From the human T2T-CHM13v2.0 reference genome, Homo sapiens, in the NCBI RefSeq assembly GCF_009914755.1, contig NC_060925.1: 64,000 nt of DNA; one strand, given 5' to 3'. Of the stretch, positions 14,930 through 25,988 are shown piece by piece. The notes beneath the pieces were generated by a model that did no database searches, was not told where the DNA came from, and saw only the letters and a list, made by a program, of their open reading frames with translations. Position 1 is the first letter of the stretch, and each line of letters begins with the position of its first letter. The translations under genes were made by a program, and so were the position numbers.

Positions 14930-15310
14930 GCCGCCATCCCTCAGGGTTCCGGGTCCCGGGTTTCCAGGGTCCCGGGTTTCCAAGGCCCCGCGATAACCCC
15001 GGGCGCACGCGGCGCGATGCGGCGAGGCGAGGCGAGGCGGTGGGGCCAGCGCGGAGCCCCAGGCGCGAGAACAGGAACTCGGGCTGGCACACCGAGGCCT
15101 CGCAGCCAAGCCGCGCCTGACCCGTTCGCCGTTCCGGCCCCGCGGCGCCTCCAAGGCCGGGCCGAGGGGCCGAGGGGCCGAGGGCGGGCAGACGCGGCCA
15201 CGGCCTAATTCTGACTTCTGAAGGTCACCGAAACTGCGCTGTTTTTCCAGAGATGGGTTGAAGAGAAGAGATGCAATCCCAGTTCCTTCTGCGGCGAAAC
15301 GGGATCTGAA
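14930..15310. promoter_or_regulatory. Intronic CpG island
   Basis: Very high GC and CpG density. Contains (GGGTCCCGGGTTTCCA)x2, (GGCGA)x3 and (GGCCGAGG)x3 micro-repeats. Confidence 0.85.
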
Positions 15311-15923
15311 ATTCTTGGAGAGGGGGAAGAATTGGACGTTTTCATCGTGCGTGGAGGAAAATTGGGGGAGGGGAAGTGAGTGGCAAGTAAGGGGGTTAAC
15401 TGCTTCCCGGACCCTATCCGGAGTTTAAACTACACGCTCCCAGCTGTGGGATAGTAAAGAGAACGCAGCGGTGAGGGGATTCGGAAAATCGGTTCATCCA
15501 GTTGACAACTAAAAGCTAAAAAAACTCCAAGGCTCCGGGCTAGGTCTATAATAATGACCTCTCTAATGTTCCCTTTCCAAGGGAACTCTACTCGTCATCT
15601 GTAGTGGGTGGTTTGTGTTTTTGTTTTTTAATCCTCTAAAGTGTATGGCAACATTTTGGAAACTGTCAGCTCATTTGAGCCTTGGCAACTATATTGTAGA
15701 AAATGTAAGAAGACAAATAAGAGGACGTTTTTACATGCATTTCTTACGTTCTTAAATTAATTTCCCCAAATCACGATGTTTCTCTAGTTATTTCTATAAG
15801 CCATTTTTATTATTAAGATTTATCTTATTCCGTTTACTTTCTACATGGAAGAACATGAAACCACTTTTTAGAATAAAAAGTAGCATTCTGCCCATCCAAA
15901 ATTAATACAAATTACAAAATTAA

Positions 15924-16310
<387 letters not shown>

Positions 16311-16484
16311 TTGACTGGTACTTCTGACTTTGGTCACAGTCATCAGTTTATTTACAAGTTAAATGAAAATGCCCATTACCTGGAAGTTTCAAAACTGGGA
16401 TGCTTTAGAATCGTCCCATGATACCTAGGGGTGACAAAACTTTTGGCCTCCCAAATTTTATACATTCCCAATTTGTTAAACTAG

Positions 16485-16486
<2 letters not shown>

Positions 16487-16525
<39 letters not shown>
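16487..16525. repeat. (CA)19 microsatellite
   Basis: Read directly from the sequence. Confidence 0.95.
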
Positions 16526-16527
<2 letters not shown>

Positions 16528-19279
16528 GGCAGTTTCTTGTCCCAAATTTTGTCTACATCCAATTCAGAACTGATATTTTGATGTAGATATAGTGTTCTGG
16601 TGATATTATGGTGTTCACACATAAGTTTGTGTATAAGCACATACATTTGTGAACATATGTTTTATACACTTATCTATAAAATAAATAAAACACTAGCTAA
16701 TATTAAAAGTATAAAATGAAAAGTAGTCATTTGCAAGGCCTGTTTTCACTTCTGGTATCAAAAGCTCATCATCAGTTTTGCAGTCAGCAAGATATCCTGC
16801 CTAAAAGTGAAGCCATTAGTGGCACTGAAGAAATGTTGATTGGTCCTCACCAGTTTCTTGAATTCCCCTTTTCCCATTTCACAGCGGGTCCTCCCTACTA
16901 AATCATATTTTCCACCTCTGACACTTAGAGCAAGGGCCTCACTTAAATTAACTAATGATTATCCTTCCCCCAAAGAAGTGTAAACAGGACCCTAATTTAT
17001 AAATTTGCTAATTGCTGTTCCCAGTGCAGACCCCTGAGTATGTCAGTCATGCACATATAAAATTCCAGACTTACTAGAAACCAGGAAAAGCAAAGCAAAA
17101 ATAAACTACACGGATGAGAAAGAGTAAGGAAAAGAGATTCCACATTCCACCAGTTCCTTAGTTTTCCCTTTTGTGAAAAGTATCTCAAAAGGTCAAAACA
17201 TAAAGCTCAGATGGGAAAATCATTTAAGTATTTTCTCCTATTGAACAACTTTATCTTTTGAGAGTAAGAAAGCAATAACCAGCTGCACTCCCAGAATAAT
17301 AATCGAATGGAGTCCTGTTTCCAGAAAGGAGAAAGGTATATAGCATGCCAATCTGCCCTTTATCCCTGTGGAATTTGTACAGTTCGGCCTTGCTTTAAAA
17401 AACAAAAAACAAAGAAAAAATTATAGCCACCCTGAGAAGGAATTCACAGATTTAAGAGGTAATTGTTTTTCTCCCGGGTGTGAGAAATAAAGTTCTACCA
17501 GAGTCTATAATCAGGATCTCAAAGCGATCCTCTCATCTTATAATTTTTTTGGCAATAGAACGATTGTGATGGACCGGAAATATTTCACTCAATAATAGCA
17601 TTGCATGCCCTAAGAGAGGACTGGATGAACACAATGTTTAGGCCTTCTAAGCCAAAATGTAGTTGTCCCTTTCTCCTTGTGGCCTAATATGAGGGTTAAT
17701 GACGAGGAACTCGTTTCCATGTTTACACTCATGAAGCACATTATACAGATAAATGGGGAACACAAAACACAATACCCAGTATTTTTAGTTTTGGTCCCCA
17801 GTTTAGGCATTGCATGCCATTCTTCACTCCTCACATGCTGTCTATATTAAAAGATTTTAAACAAATTTTCTTTCATAATTAAAAGATTTTTAACCATTTG
17901 AAGTCATTGGTATGGGAGGTGTCAGAAAAATGGCAGACGATTTGTGTCAGCATCATTTCAGTCTGAACTCCTGTTTAAGAAATTTAATTCTCCCTTCCTC
18001 CCTGCATGAAGGTTGCCCCCATGAAATCTTCCTTCTGGGAGTTTCACCTATACAAATCAAGATACCCAAAGTGGCAAGCTCAGAGCCCAAATATAGTGCT
18101 CAGCAAGAAATAACGTTGAGTTGGGAGTAGATCTGAATTTAGAATTGCAGCGGCGGTAGACTGTGTGTGAAGTTGCCTAGGAAAGCCTTCGCTGCCCATG
18201 AGGTTTGTGCTTCTCCAGCGGGTCTCTGAGGTGCAGAGGTGGACGCCAGAGGCGGGTGAGGGGTCGCCCTGCACTTCGTGGCAGCAAAAGGAGAGACCCG
18301 CACACCCCCTTGTGATCCCTGGGTCTATCATTACTGGCTTCTGAAGCGCAGGAACCTAGGGTGGGAAGGGACCTTTGGAGATGCAAACCATAGCACATTT
18401 TACCTTCCTCCCTATCACAGTCCAAACTCTACATCTGGGTTTTCCCATTCTCTGAACTTCCCATTGCCCTAGTGCAGTTTGCTGTGGTCATTTCTTTGGG
18501 TGGGAACAGGTTACAATTACTTCCCTTTGCCTACTGGTTTCTATTGTGCCACCGCGCCGGGGCCGGAGTTTTACATAGAATGTCTTCATAACCATCCCCG
18601 CTGCCCGGGAACCCAGCCCCGCGCACCCAAAGGGCGTCTAATTTAGTAAGATCCGATCAGTGCGCAGAAAAAGGCCCTTGGCGGTCATCCCCTCAGCGAA
18701 CAATAATCCTCACTGGCCCATGACAAACTCGGGCCTTAGATCCCTCTCGCTTCCCTTCACACAAGGTCACTTACCAAAAGGGTGACCTCCGTGGAAGACC
18801 GTTTTAACCTGACAAGCGAGTACCTTGCGTAAGTCCACCAGGCCTCACCCTTGACTCCTCGGAGCCAGGCACCTCCAGGCCAGCACCAGTGCAGGGGCGT
18901 GCACGGCAGAGACAAACCAAGGTTCCTTGTCCCTGGACTCAACCCCAGCAGACCCTCCGGCATCTCACTCTACGCGTTCGCCGAACACCCTGTCCCTGCG
19001 GTCTGAGCTCCGGCCTGTGCCCTGGCTGGCGCTTGCCCCGCGCAAACACAAACACATTCTCCCCCGCTGGCTTGAACTCATCACTTTTTATTCGTTACTT
19101 AAACGTCAGTAAAGAGTCACTTCCTCCGTGTTCACCCTGTTACCCTATTGGGGGTTGGAGGTTGGTAGAGAGGTGATGTCAGAATTAAAATCTCTGAGTT
19201 TTATTTTGAGCAAACAAACCATAAACTGGCAGATTAATTCATGTGACCACTTGATCTAGATAACTCCAAAGAAGAAAGT

Positions 19280-19830
19280 GCCCTGGGGCGGCCGCGCTTT
19301 CTGCAAGGGCTTTTCCTATCTCATTTCACTAGCAGTTGAGCTGACGGGTGCGTGCGAGAATGCGAGACCTGCCACGTGTACACGTGTACGCGGAGTGTCG
19401 ATCTGCCTGCGTGTCCTTGGATGTGCCTGTCTAGGTGCCCACCCGCGCGCGCCACCACATCCCCAGGCCTCTGGAACGCAGCTGCTGTGTGGCCCGGCCC
19501 GAAGTTTCTGGAGGAGGAAATCCCTCCACAGAAGGTTTACATTATTTCGCTCCGCGGGAGACCCGGCTTCGGCAGCACTTAGCAGAAGATTTTGGCGGGA
19601 AAGGCCCAAGCCCTAGCTGAGGACTCCGGGTGGAGCAGGGGCTGAGGTCCGAGCGCAGATGGCGCCGCCGAGCGCCTGAAATATACTTGCAAGGCCGCAG
19701 CAATATACTTGCAAGGCCGCAGCCGGAGCAGCTGTTCCAGCCGATCCTAGCTCGAAAGTTCCTCTGTTGCTCTGGGAGAGGGCGGGGGCGAGCAGGCTCG
19801 AGAGCCAGGCTCCTCCGAGGCTGGTCTTGA
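19280..19830. promoter_or_regulatory. Intronic CpG island
   Basis: CpG-rich stretch with a double E-box and a 22-bp tandem duplication. Moderate CpG density extends over about 18.1-22.4 kb. Confidence 0.8.
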
Positions 19831-20275
19831 GGCACTTCTCTAGTAGCTTCTCCAAAAGACTGAGAGTGCCGGCGTAGGTATGACAGTGAGGGTACCTCAC
19901 AGACCCTTCTCCAAAGTCTGGCGGGCCTTGGGGTTTTTCGGGGCCACCAGGCTCGGTGGAATTTTTGAAACGCTTTCGAAATACATAGTTTCCTCTGTGG
20001 AGTGAGTGCCTACAACGCGCAGGCCGGACTGATCCCCCGTTGCTGCAGGTTGGTGCCCCAAGCTGCGGGTGCTCGGGCGCCAACTAAAGCCAGCTCTGTC
20101 CAGACGCGGAAAGAAAAATGGGCTGTGAAAAAGCAAAAGGCCTCGTCTTTGAATGAAAGTTAAACATTAAAATCTGACCCTAGAGTTGTCTAAAGATCGC
20201 GGAATTTTGAAGCTCCGGCAGAGCGGACTAAAAAACGGTGCTATGAGAGATGGTGAGAATACTCTAGGCATGAAC

Positions 20276-20307
20276 GTGTGCGTGTGTGTTTGTGTGTGTG
20301 TGTGTGT
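20276..20307. repeat. Imperfect (TG)n microsatellite
   Basis: Read directly from the sequence. Confidence 0.9.
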
Positions 20308-22379
20308 TTCATTCTTCCCGCAAAACAATTTTTTGTTTTTTTCCTATTCCCGGTTTGTTATCGGCCTAGGGCGGGAGAACCACGCAGCGGCTTCTGGGCC
20401 CTAAGGACAAAAGAGTTAAAACAATGAGGCTCACCCGGGAAGAGACGCTGCCCTGGGCACAATAGGGTCGCCTGCATTACTCCTCCATACACACATCTTT
20501 AAATGTGTCCCTGTGTGTGTTCGTTAGGGTGCTGTATTACAGAAAAAGAAAGGCCTAAAAACACCCCCAGCCCTGGTCGCGCCTTTCGCTACCGCCTGAG
20601 TCTGGAGCCGACAGCTCCACCTCTTCTGCTCCCTGGACCGCCGCGTCTCCACGCCACGGCGCCCTTTTTACTAAAAGATCTTTTCTCATCCTATCAGCAA
20701 ATCGTTAAGAAAGGCTTAGCCATTGCGGGGGCTCCAACTTAAGGATTCCCCCGGCCCACTAAAAGGCTAGGCCCGGCCTGTAGCCCAGCTCCGCAGAAAG
20801 CCAGAGGGTGCTGGGCTTTCAGCTTCTTCCTCCTAGACACTTGCCCCACAAATATATTTCGTTTTCTCTAATCCAAATACCCATCTTTTTCTTTTTTAAA
20901 AAATGATAACGTAATGGGAAATGACCAACCGAACTCTGTTACATAAAGTTAGTTCTGTTAGATCTTCCACCCCACCCCCATCCCGCGGGAGCGAGTAAAT
21001 AGAATTCATGAGCTTAGCTCCCCAGGTTCACGCTCTGGAATGGTTTCTTTTTGCCTCATTCCCTAAGTTTTCTCTCTTCTGCCTCCTGAATGGAGCTCAG
21101 GCTAAGGAGAACGGCAGAAAGAGCAAACTCTGATCTGAATCTCTAATTATGACCCCATGTATTACCCATTTGAACATAAGGCCCTAGACGGGCTCCGTGC
21201 GATCTGGGGCCTCCCAAGAGAAAACTTCCCCGGGACAGGACGTCTGCCACGCGCAGCTAAACAACTTCTGTTTTTTCCGCCGTGGGGAAAATAAAAGAAC
21301 CTTACAAATTCTAAGGCGTCATAACCCCTGCAAGAACTTCTAACTGTATGAAGGCCCACGCGAGATTTTGACAATAGATAAATGAGCTGAGGAAATAGGG
21401 TCTGGCCAGCGAAGGGAAACACACAGTAGCCCTGGGTGCCTTTCTGGAATGCCCACGCAGGGGTCCGCGTGGACAAGCACTTGCATTCAAATACAGGAAA
21501 AGGCTTGGACGGTCGAAATAAATCTCCTTTTAATTTTCTTTTCATCGACTAATAAAAATAATTCCCCAGCACTAAACTCAAATACCGTAACGGGCCACAG
21601 AAACACGGAGAATTCATAAAACTCTATCTCTGCAGGTCACCCGCTAATCGCATTATTATTAGCCTCGGGAGCATGGAAATTGAACTGTCACTGCCTAAAG
21701 AGAAAATGTAAGCGACAGCTGTCCCTCCTCTGAGTTGGACAGCTTTGTGGCTGAGATCCCCAAGCTCCTGAGCCCCAGACCGTCTCTATCCCAGTGCAGG
21801 CCGCTGCCCCCTCCCCGGGCTTGTCAGCGTGTGAAGCGGGGTCTACTCCCCAGCTCTGGCTGTTCAGCAGGAGCACCTTCCAGCATGGTTTTAGAAGTCC
21901 GGGCTGGAAAGCTTCTGAAACCGCTAAACCAAGTTGCGAGCGTTGTATGTGCGCGCGCGCACACTCAAGATTCTTCCGACAACAGCTGTTCCCCCGGGCT
22001 GTTTTTGCACAGTTGAAATCTTGGCACTTAACACAAAACGTTAAAGTTGGCTTCTCCCCTCCTAGGGTTCTGTTAAAATACAGACATGACATCCCCCCTG
22101 CTTTTTACATGTTCCGTGCACATAATATACATGGGTTACTGTAGGATCTGAGACACAAATCAATCGTACCCACACCCTAAATACACAGAGATGTGGGCCC
22201 TGAAGAGTGACCCAAGGAGTAAGGGGTCTAACATCCATTCTTGTTTCCGTAAACGCCAAAGGAGTAGAAATATAATTATGTTCCACCATCGAAAAGTTGG
22301 TGGGAGAAAGGCAAGGACGAGGTTGAAGGCTAAATGAGACAACTGGTCATTCCCCGAAGACTGAGGTATTGGATTGGAG

Positions 22380-23700
22380 AACGCCGCGCCAGTCCTCCCG
22401 AGTTCTCAGAAGCGAGTCCTAGATCTCGGCTCCCGCCGTTGCCTTCGGCCCGCGCCCCTCCCAATCCCAGGGACCGGCAGCCCTTCATCCACGGACACCC
22501 AGAAAGCTGCGCTCTCCACCCAAAAGAAAAAGAAATGCAAACAAACAGGACTCCTTGCTTAGGCTGGCGACGAAAATGCAAGGCTCAGTCCAGCCCCAAA
22601 AATTGGTTCCGGTGAATTTAGGGAGGCTCAGGGCATTTGCGCGAAGAAACAGAAACCTATGTTGGGGCAAGGCAGGGCGTCAATGGCAGGGCCTGGCTCC
22701 TCACCCGCGACCGGCGACTGGCCCTTCGGCGTCCCCTCTCCGCCCGCCTCCCGCGGTCGGCTGCGACGCACTCACCCGGGTGAGGCTCCAGGCCGTGTGC
22801 CGCCGCGTCCTCCGTGTCTCCGAGTGGGCCCGCGGGGCTCAGCGCCTCCATAGACAGGTCCAGCCCCTTCTCCTCCCAGTCTCGCAGTTTCCGTTTTTTA
22901 TTTGAGCCGATCAAGGCTTCAACGGAGAAGGCATGTGCTCGCGAGCTCAGGGCGACTGCAGATCTTCTCCTTTCACTCATTTTAGCCGCCCACACCCCTG
23001 CCTCCGCTTGCCCCCGCTACCGAGGGAGCAGCCGGCGCCCTCAAGCTCTGAGCGCCCACCGGGCCCGGCCCGGGAGAGGCGGAGGCGCGTCGGACGAGGC
23101 TGAGACTGCGGCTCGCGGGTCTCTCCACCCTCCCCCTGCGTCCTCCTCCGCCCTCCTCTGCCGGATCCGACCTGCGCCCCTACGCTGGCCCAGCTGCTAG
23201 GAACTAGCGCCCCGAGCGCCGCCCGCTCGCTGCATGAGCGCCCGAGTCCTGCTTCCCACCCACCGGGGCAGGCGCTCACAGACTGTGTCCACTGAACTTC
23301 ATCTTGTTTTTGTTATTATTATTATTCTCTCTCCTCTCTCTCTCTCTCTCTCTCCCCTCCCTCTCTTTTTCTCTCCTCCCCCTCTCTCTCTCTTCCTCTC
23401 TGCCTTCCCGTCCTCCCTGTGATCCAAACTTCTGGGAAACTTTTTTTTCCGCTAAATTCCTCCCTTCCCGAGGAACAGGGGGCAGGCGGTGCGCTCCTGT
23501 CCGAGGGGTGAGGGAGAGGGAGGGGGAGGAAGAAAAAGACTGAGGGGGAAAAAAGCCAGCCCCCAACCAATAGCGAGGAGGGAACAAGAGAAACTCCGAG
23601 AGCGCGAACCAATGAGAGGAAGGGAGAGACTGAGGCCCGGGCCAAAGCGCAGCGCCAGTCGTCCCCTGGATGCTCCTGGGCCGACTTTAACCCCTGGCTT
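22380..23700 (-). promoter_or_regulatory. TBX15: TBX15 proximal promoter CpG island and 5'UTR, with two CCAAT boxes
   Basis: CpG-dense 22380-23280. CCAAT at 23567-23571 and 23609-23613, no TATA. Polypurine/polypyrimidine tract at 23325-23420. The TSS is inferred at about 23.5 kb. Confidence 0.75.
22776..22980 (-). CDS. TBX15: TBX15 coding exon 1 (N-terminal 68 aa + 1 nt, phase-1 intron follows)
   Basis: Translates MSERRRSAVALSSRAHAFSVEALIGSNKKRKLRDWEEKGLDLSMEALSPAGPLGDTEDAAAHGLEPHP, which I recognise as the TBX15 N-terminus (eh1 motif FSVEALI, basic NLS KKRKLR). ATG at 22980 has A at -3. A strong donor CGG|GTGAGT follows at 22775. The exon lies in a CpG island. Confidence 0.96.
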
Positions 23701-24551
23701 CCCGGTTTCCCCATGGGTTACTCCAAGAGGGAGGTAGGACAGTTGAAAGTTGAGGTCTGATCTGCGCCTTTACAAACTCCTGCAAATCCCAAATCCATAC
23801 GTTTTTCTTCCAGATCTGCTGGTCTCATAGACGCTGCAAGTCCAGAGTCACTTTAGTTGCAGATCTGGAATTTTGGGGCTCTGACAAAATGTTAACCTGT
23901 CCAAAATGCCAGAAAACGATTCTGATAATTTCGCGTCAGCCCCTAGGTGCTTTAGAATATTCTGGTTCCTCCTGGATTTCGCCACACAGGTTTTAATGTT
24001 CCTACTGAACGTTTTCTAAGCAAATCTGGGTAAGGCAAAAGGAAACAAACAAACAAGCAAACAGAAAGCCCTGTTACTAACCAGGGTCTTGTAACTGAAA
24101 ATTCAAAGACCGCTTCCTCCTTCCAGCTCTACCTGGTGGAGAAGGAGACACAGGCGCCTTGAGAGCAAGGGGCGGGCGGCGGAGCGCGGGGTTTAGGGCG
24201 AGCTCCTCAGGCGTATTCCAGCTGGGCCCCCTCACGCCGCAAATACTCTCTTTCCCTACGGCCCGAACGCTGGGCTGCGCTTCGCCTGTTCCGGGCTCTT
24301 GTTGCAGAGAACCTATGGAGAGGTGACAGGCAAGAACAGCTAGGAACTTTAACAGAAGAGAAGGAGCTTTTTCAAAATTCCCTGCAAATCCCGTTACCTC
24401 AAGACCATGGCTTTCCCGGCCAGCTGATCTCCCCCCTGGCCGCCCCCTGCCTTTTGCGATCTCTAAGGACTGCATTCAACATGGATTTCTAAGGAATTAA
24501 AAAATCCAACGCTCCTGGCCATTCTTAATTCCCACACCTCTTCCCAAGTTA

Positions 24552-24760
24552 CGCCACCGGTCGAGGACGGCAGGAGACCCCCGAGTGCAGAGAAAGCTCA
24601 AACCGGCAGCGAAGTCGGTCCTAGCCAAGCTGAAAAAACGTCTCGGATTTCGCGGACAGCGGCCTAGACACAGCCCGATCTTCCAGTCCTAGTGCCCTGG
24701 TCGAGACGGTTCTATCCTTTTGCAAAGAAGCCGGAAAGAGCTGGGTCCCGGGGGCGGGGG
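24552..24760 (-). promoter_or_regulatory. TBX15: Small CpG island: probable TBX15 distal promoter / non-coding alternative first exon (~24604-24740)
   Basis: Compact CpG cluster with a candidate minus-strand donor CCG|GTTTGA at 24603. TBX15 is known to have a distal non-coding first exon ~1.7 kb upstream of the ATG. Exon borders are inferred. Confidence 0.55.
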
Positions 24761-25762
24761 ACAGACTGAGAGGCCAAGCAGGCCAGTCGTGACGACAGCC
24801 AGGCCCTTAGAAGTCTCCAAACCTGAAAGTTTAGGTTAGGGGGCCCACAGCCTGTTAAGATTTCTTGTTGTTGTTTTCGCGAGGCCCGGGAGAATCAGCT
24901 CTCCCACCTTGCGGCAAGAAAAGATGACTTGTCAGGCCTCTGAAACGCCGAATTCTCTGCCGGACTGCGGAGGGGCCCAGGGAAATCTAGTCTTTATTAT
25001 TACAGTTGGAAGTGTTCTGGTGCTGAAGGCAACCACAGTGTTGTGAATTCACCTTGGGCCTCTTTGGACAAGAGGCTACTTTTGCCCCCTTCCTTCACCC
25101 CCGCCCCAAATTAGGATCCAACCAGGATGTCAGGAAGCTAGCATCCCAGGCGAATGCAAAAAGAACAATGGAAAAGCCACCGGATGAGTGTGATTCAGCC
25201 AAGCCTGACCTCCCCGGAGCCTGTGTCTCAGGCTTGGAGGTCCCCAGGGAGCACGAACATGAACTCTGGGGAGCTGGAAGCAGGGTACTGGTCCCCGCCT
25301 CCTGCAGCTCTGCCCAGAGGACTTGGGGAGCCCGGATGGAGAGGCGCAGGATCTCCCACTTCAGTCAGCATTTGGCGTTGCTTCCAGGAGTCGTCGCTGA
25401 AAGTCAGCGCGCATTCACTGCTACCGGGCTTCAGCAGAGAAGCTGGAGACAAGGCAGACGGGAACCCGCAATTTCCTTCCCCAGCGGCTGGGGCCTCTCT
25501 CTCACCTCCCAACTCTGGTGTCGCCCGGCGTTTTCCGCCTGCGGCTGGAGCCTGCCCCTACCAAGCTTGGTGGGGTAGCAATGGGGCCGGCCTCTAGACT
25601 TTCCCAGCTCTTTTCTCATCCCCATAGCCGGTATCTCCCATCTCTCTCTGGCAGCCTTTTGCCTTTCACAGTTTCTCACAGGCCTGGTTTGGACTGAGAA
25701 GCGGGTACACCATATGCCTCACCCTCTCTGAGACCATGGAATTTTCTCAAAAAGGAGGACTT

Positions 25763-25988
25763 AGCCTGGGCAACATGGAGAAACCCCATTTCTACAAAAA
25801 ATACAAAAATTAGCCAGGTGTGGTGGTGTGGGCCTGTAGTCCCAGCTACTCAGGAGGCTGACAGGGGAGGATCACCTGAGCCCAGGAGGTCCAGGCTGAA
25901 GTGAGCCGAGATTGCACCACTACACTCCAGACTCGGTGACAGAGTGAGAACCTGTCTTCTCAAAAATAGAAAAAAAGGAAAAAAAAAA
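25763..25988 (+). mobile_element. 5'-truncated AluJ
   Basis: Starts at AGCCTGGGCAACATGG and carries the J-type GGAGGATCACCTGAGCCCAGGAGG. 14-bp TSD AAAAAGGAGGACTT at 25749-25762 and 25989-26002. Confidence 0.9.

Noticed and set aside
17598-17896. Short direct repeats GCATTGCATGCC (17598, 17807) and TAAAAGATTTT (17848, 17880)
   Set aside because: Too short to distinguish from chance or slippage.
19652-19666. CTCF-like AGCGCAGATGGCGC
   Set aside because: It lacks the highly conserved 5' CC of the core, so it was not called as a CTCF site.
22657-22995. 112-aa ORF starting MWAAK and reading through to 22657
   Set aside because: The upstream start is a GTG; the true start is the ATG at 22980. 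Residues after HP run past a strong splice donor into intron 1.
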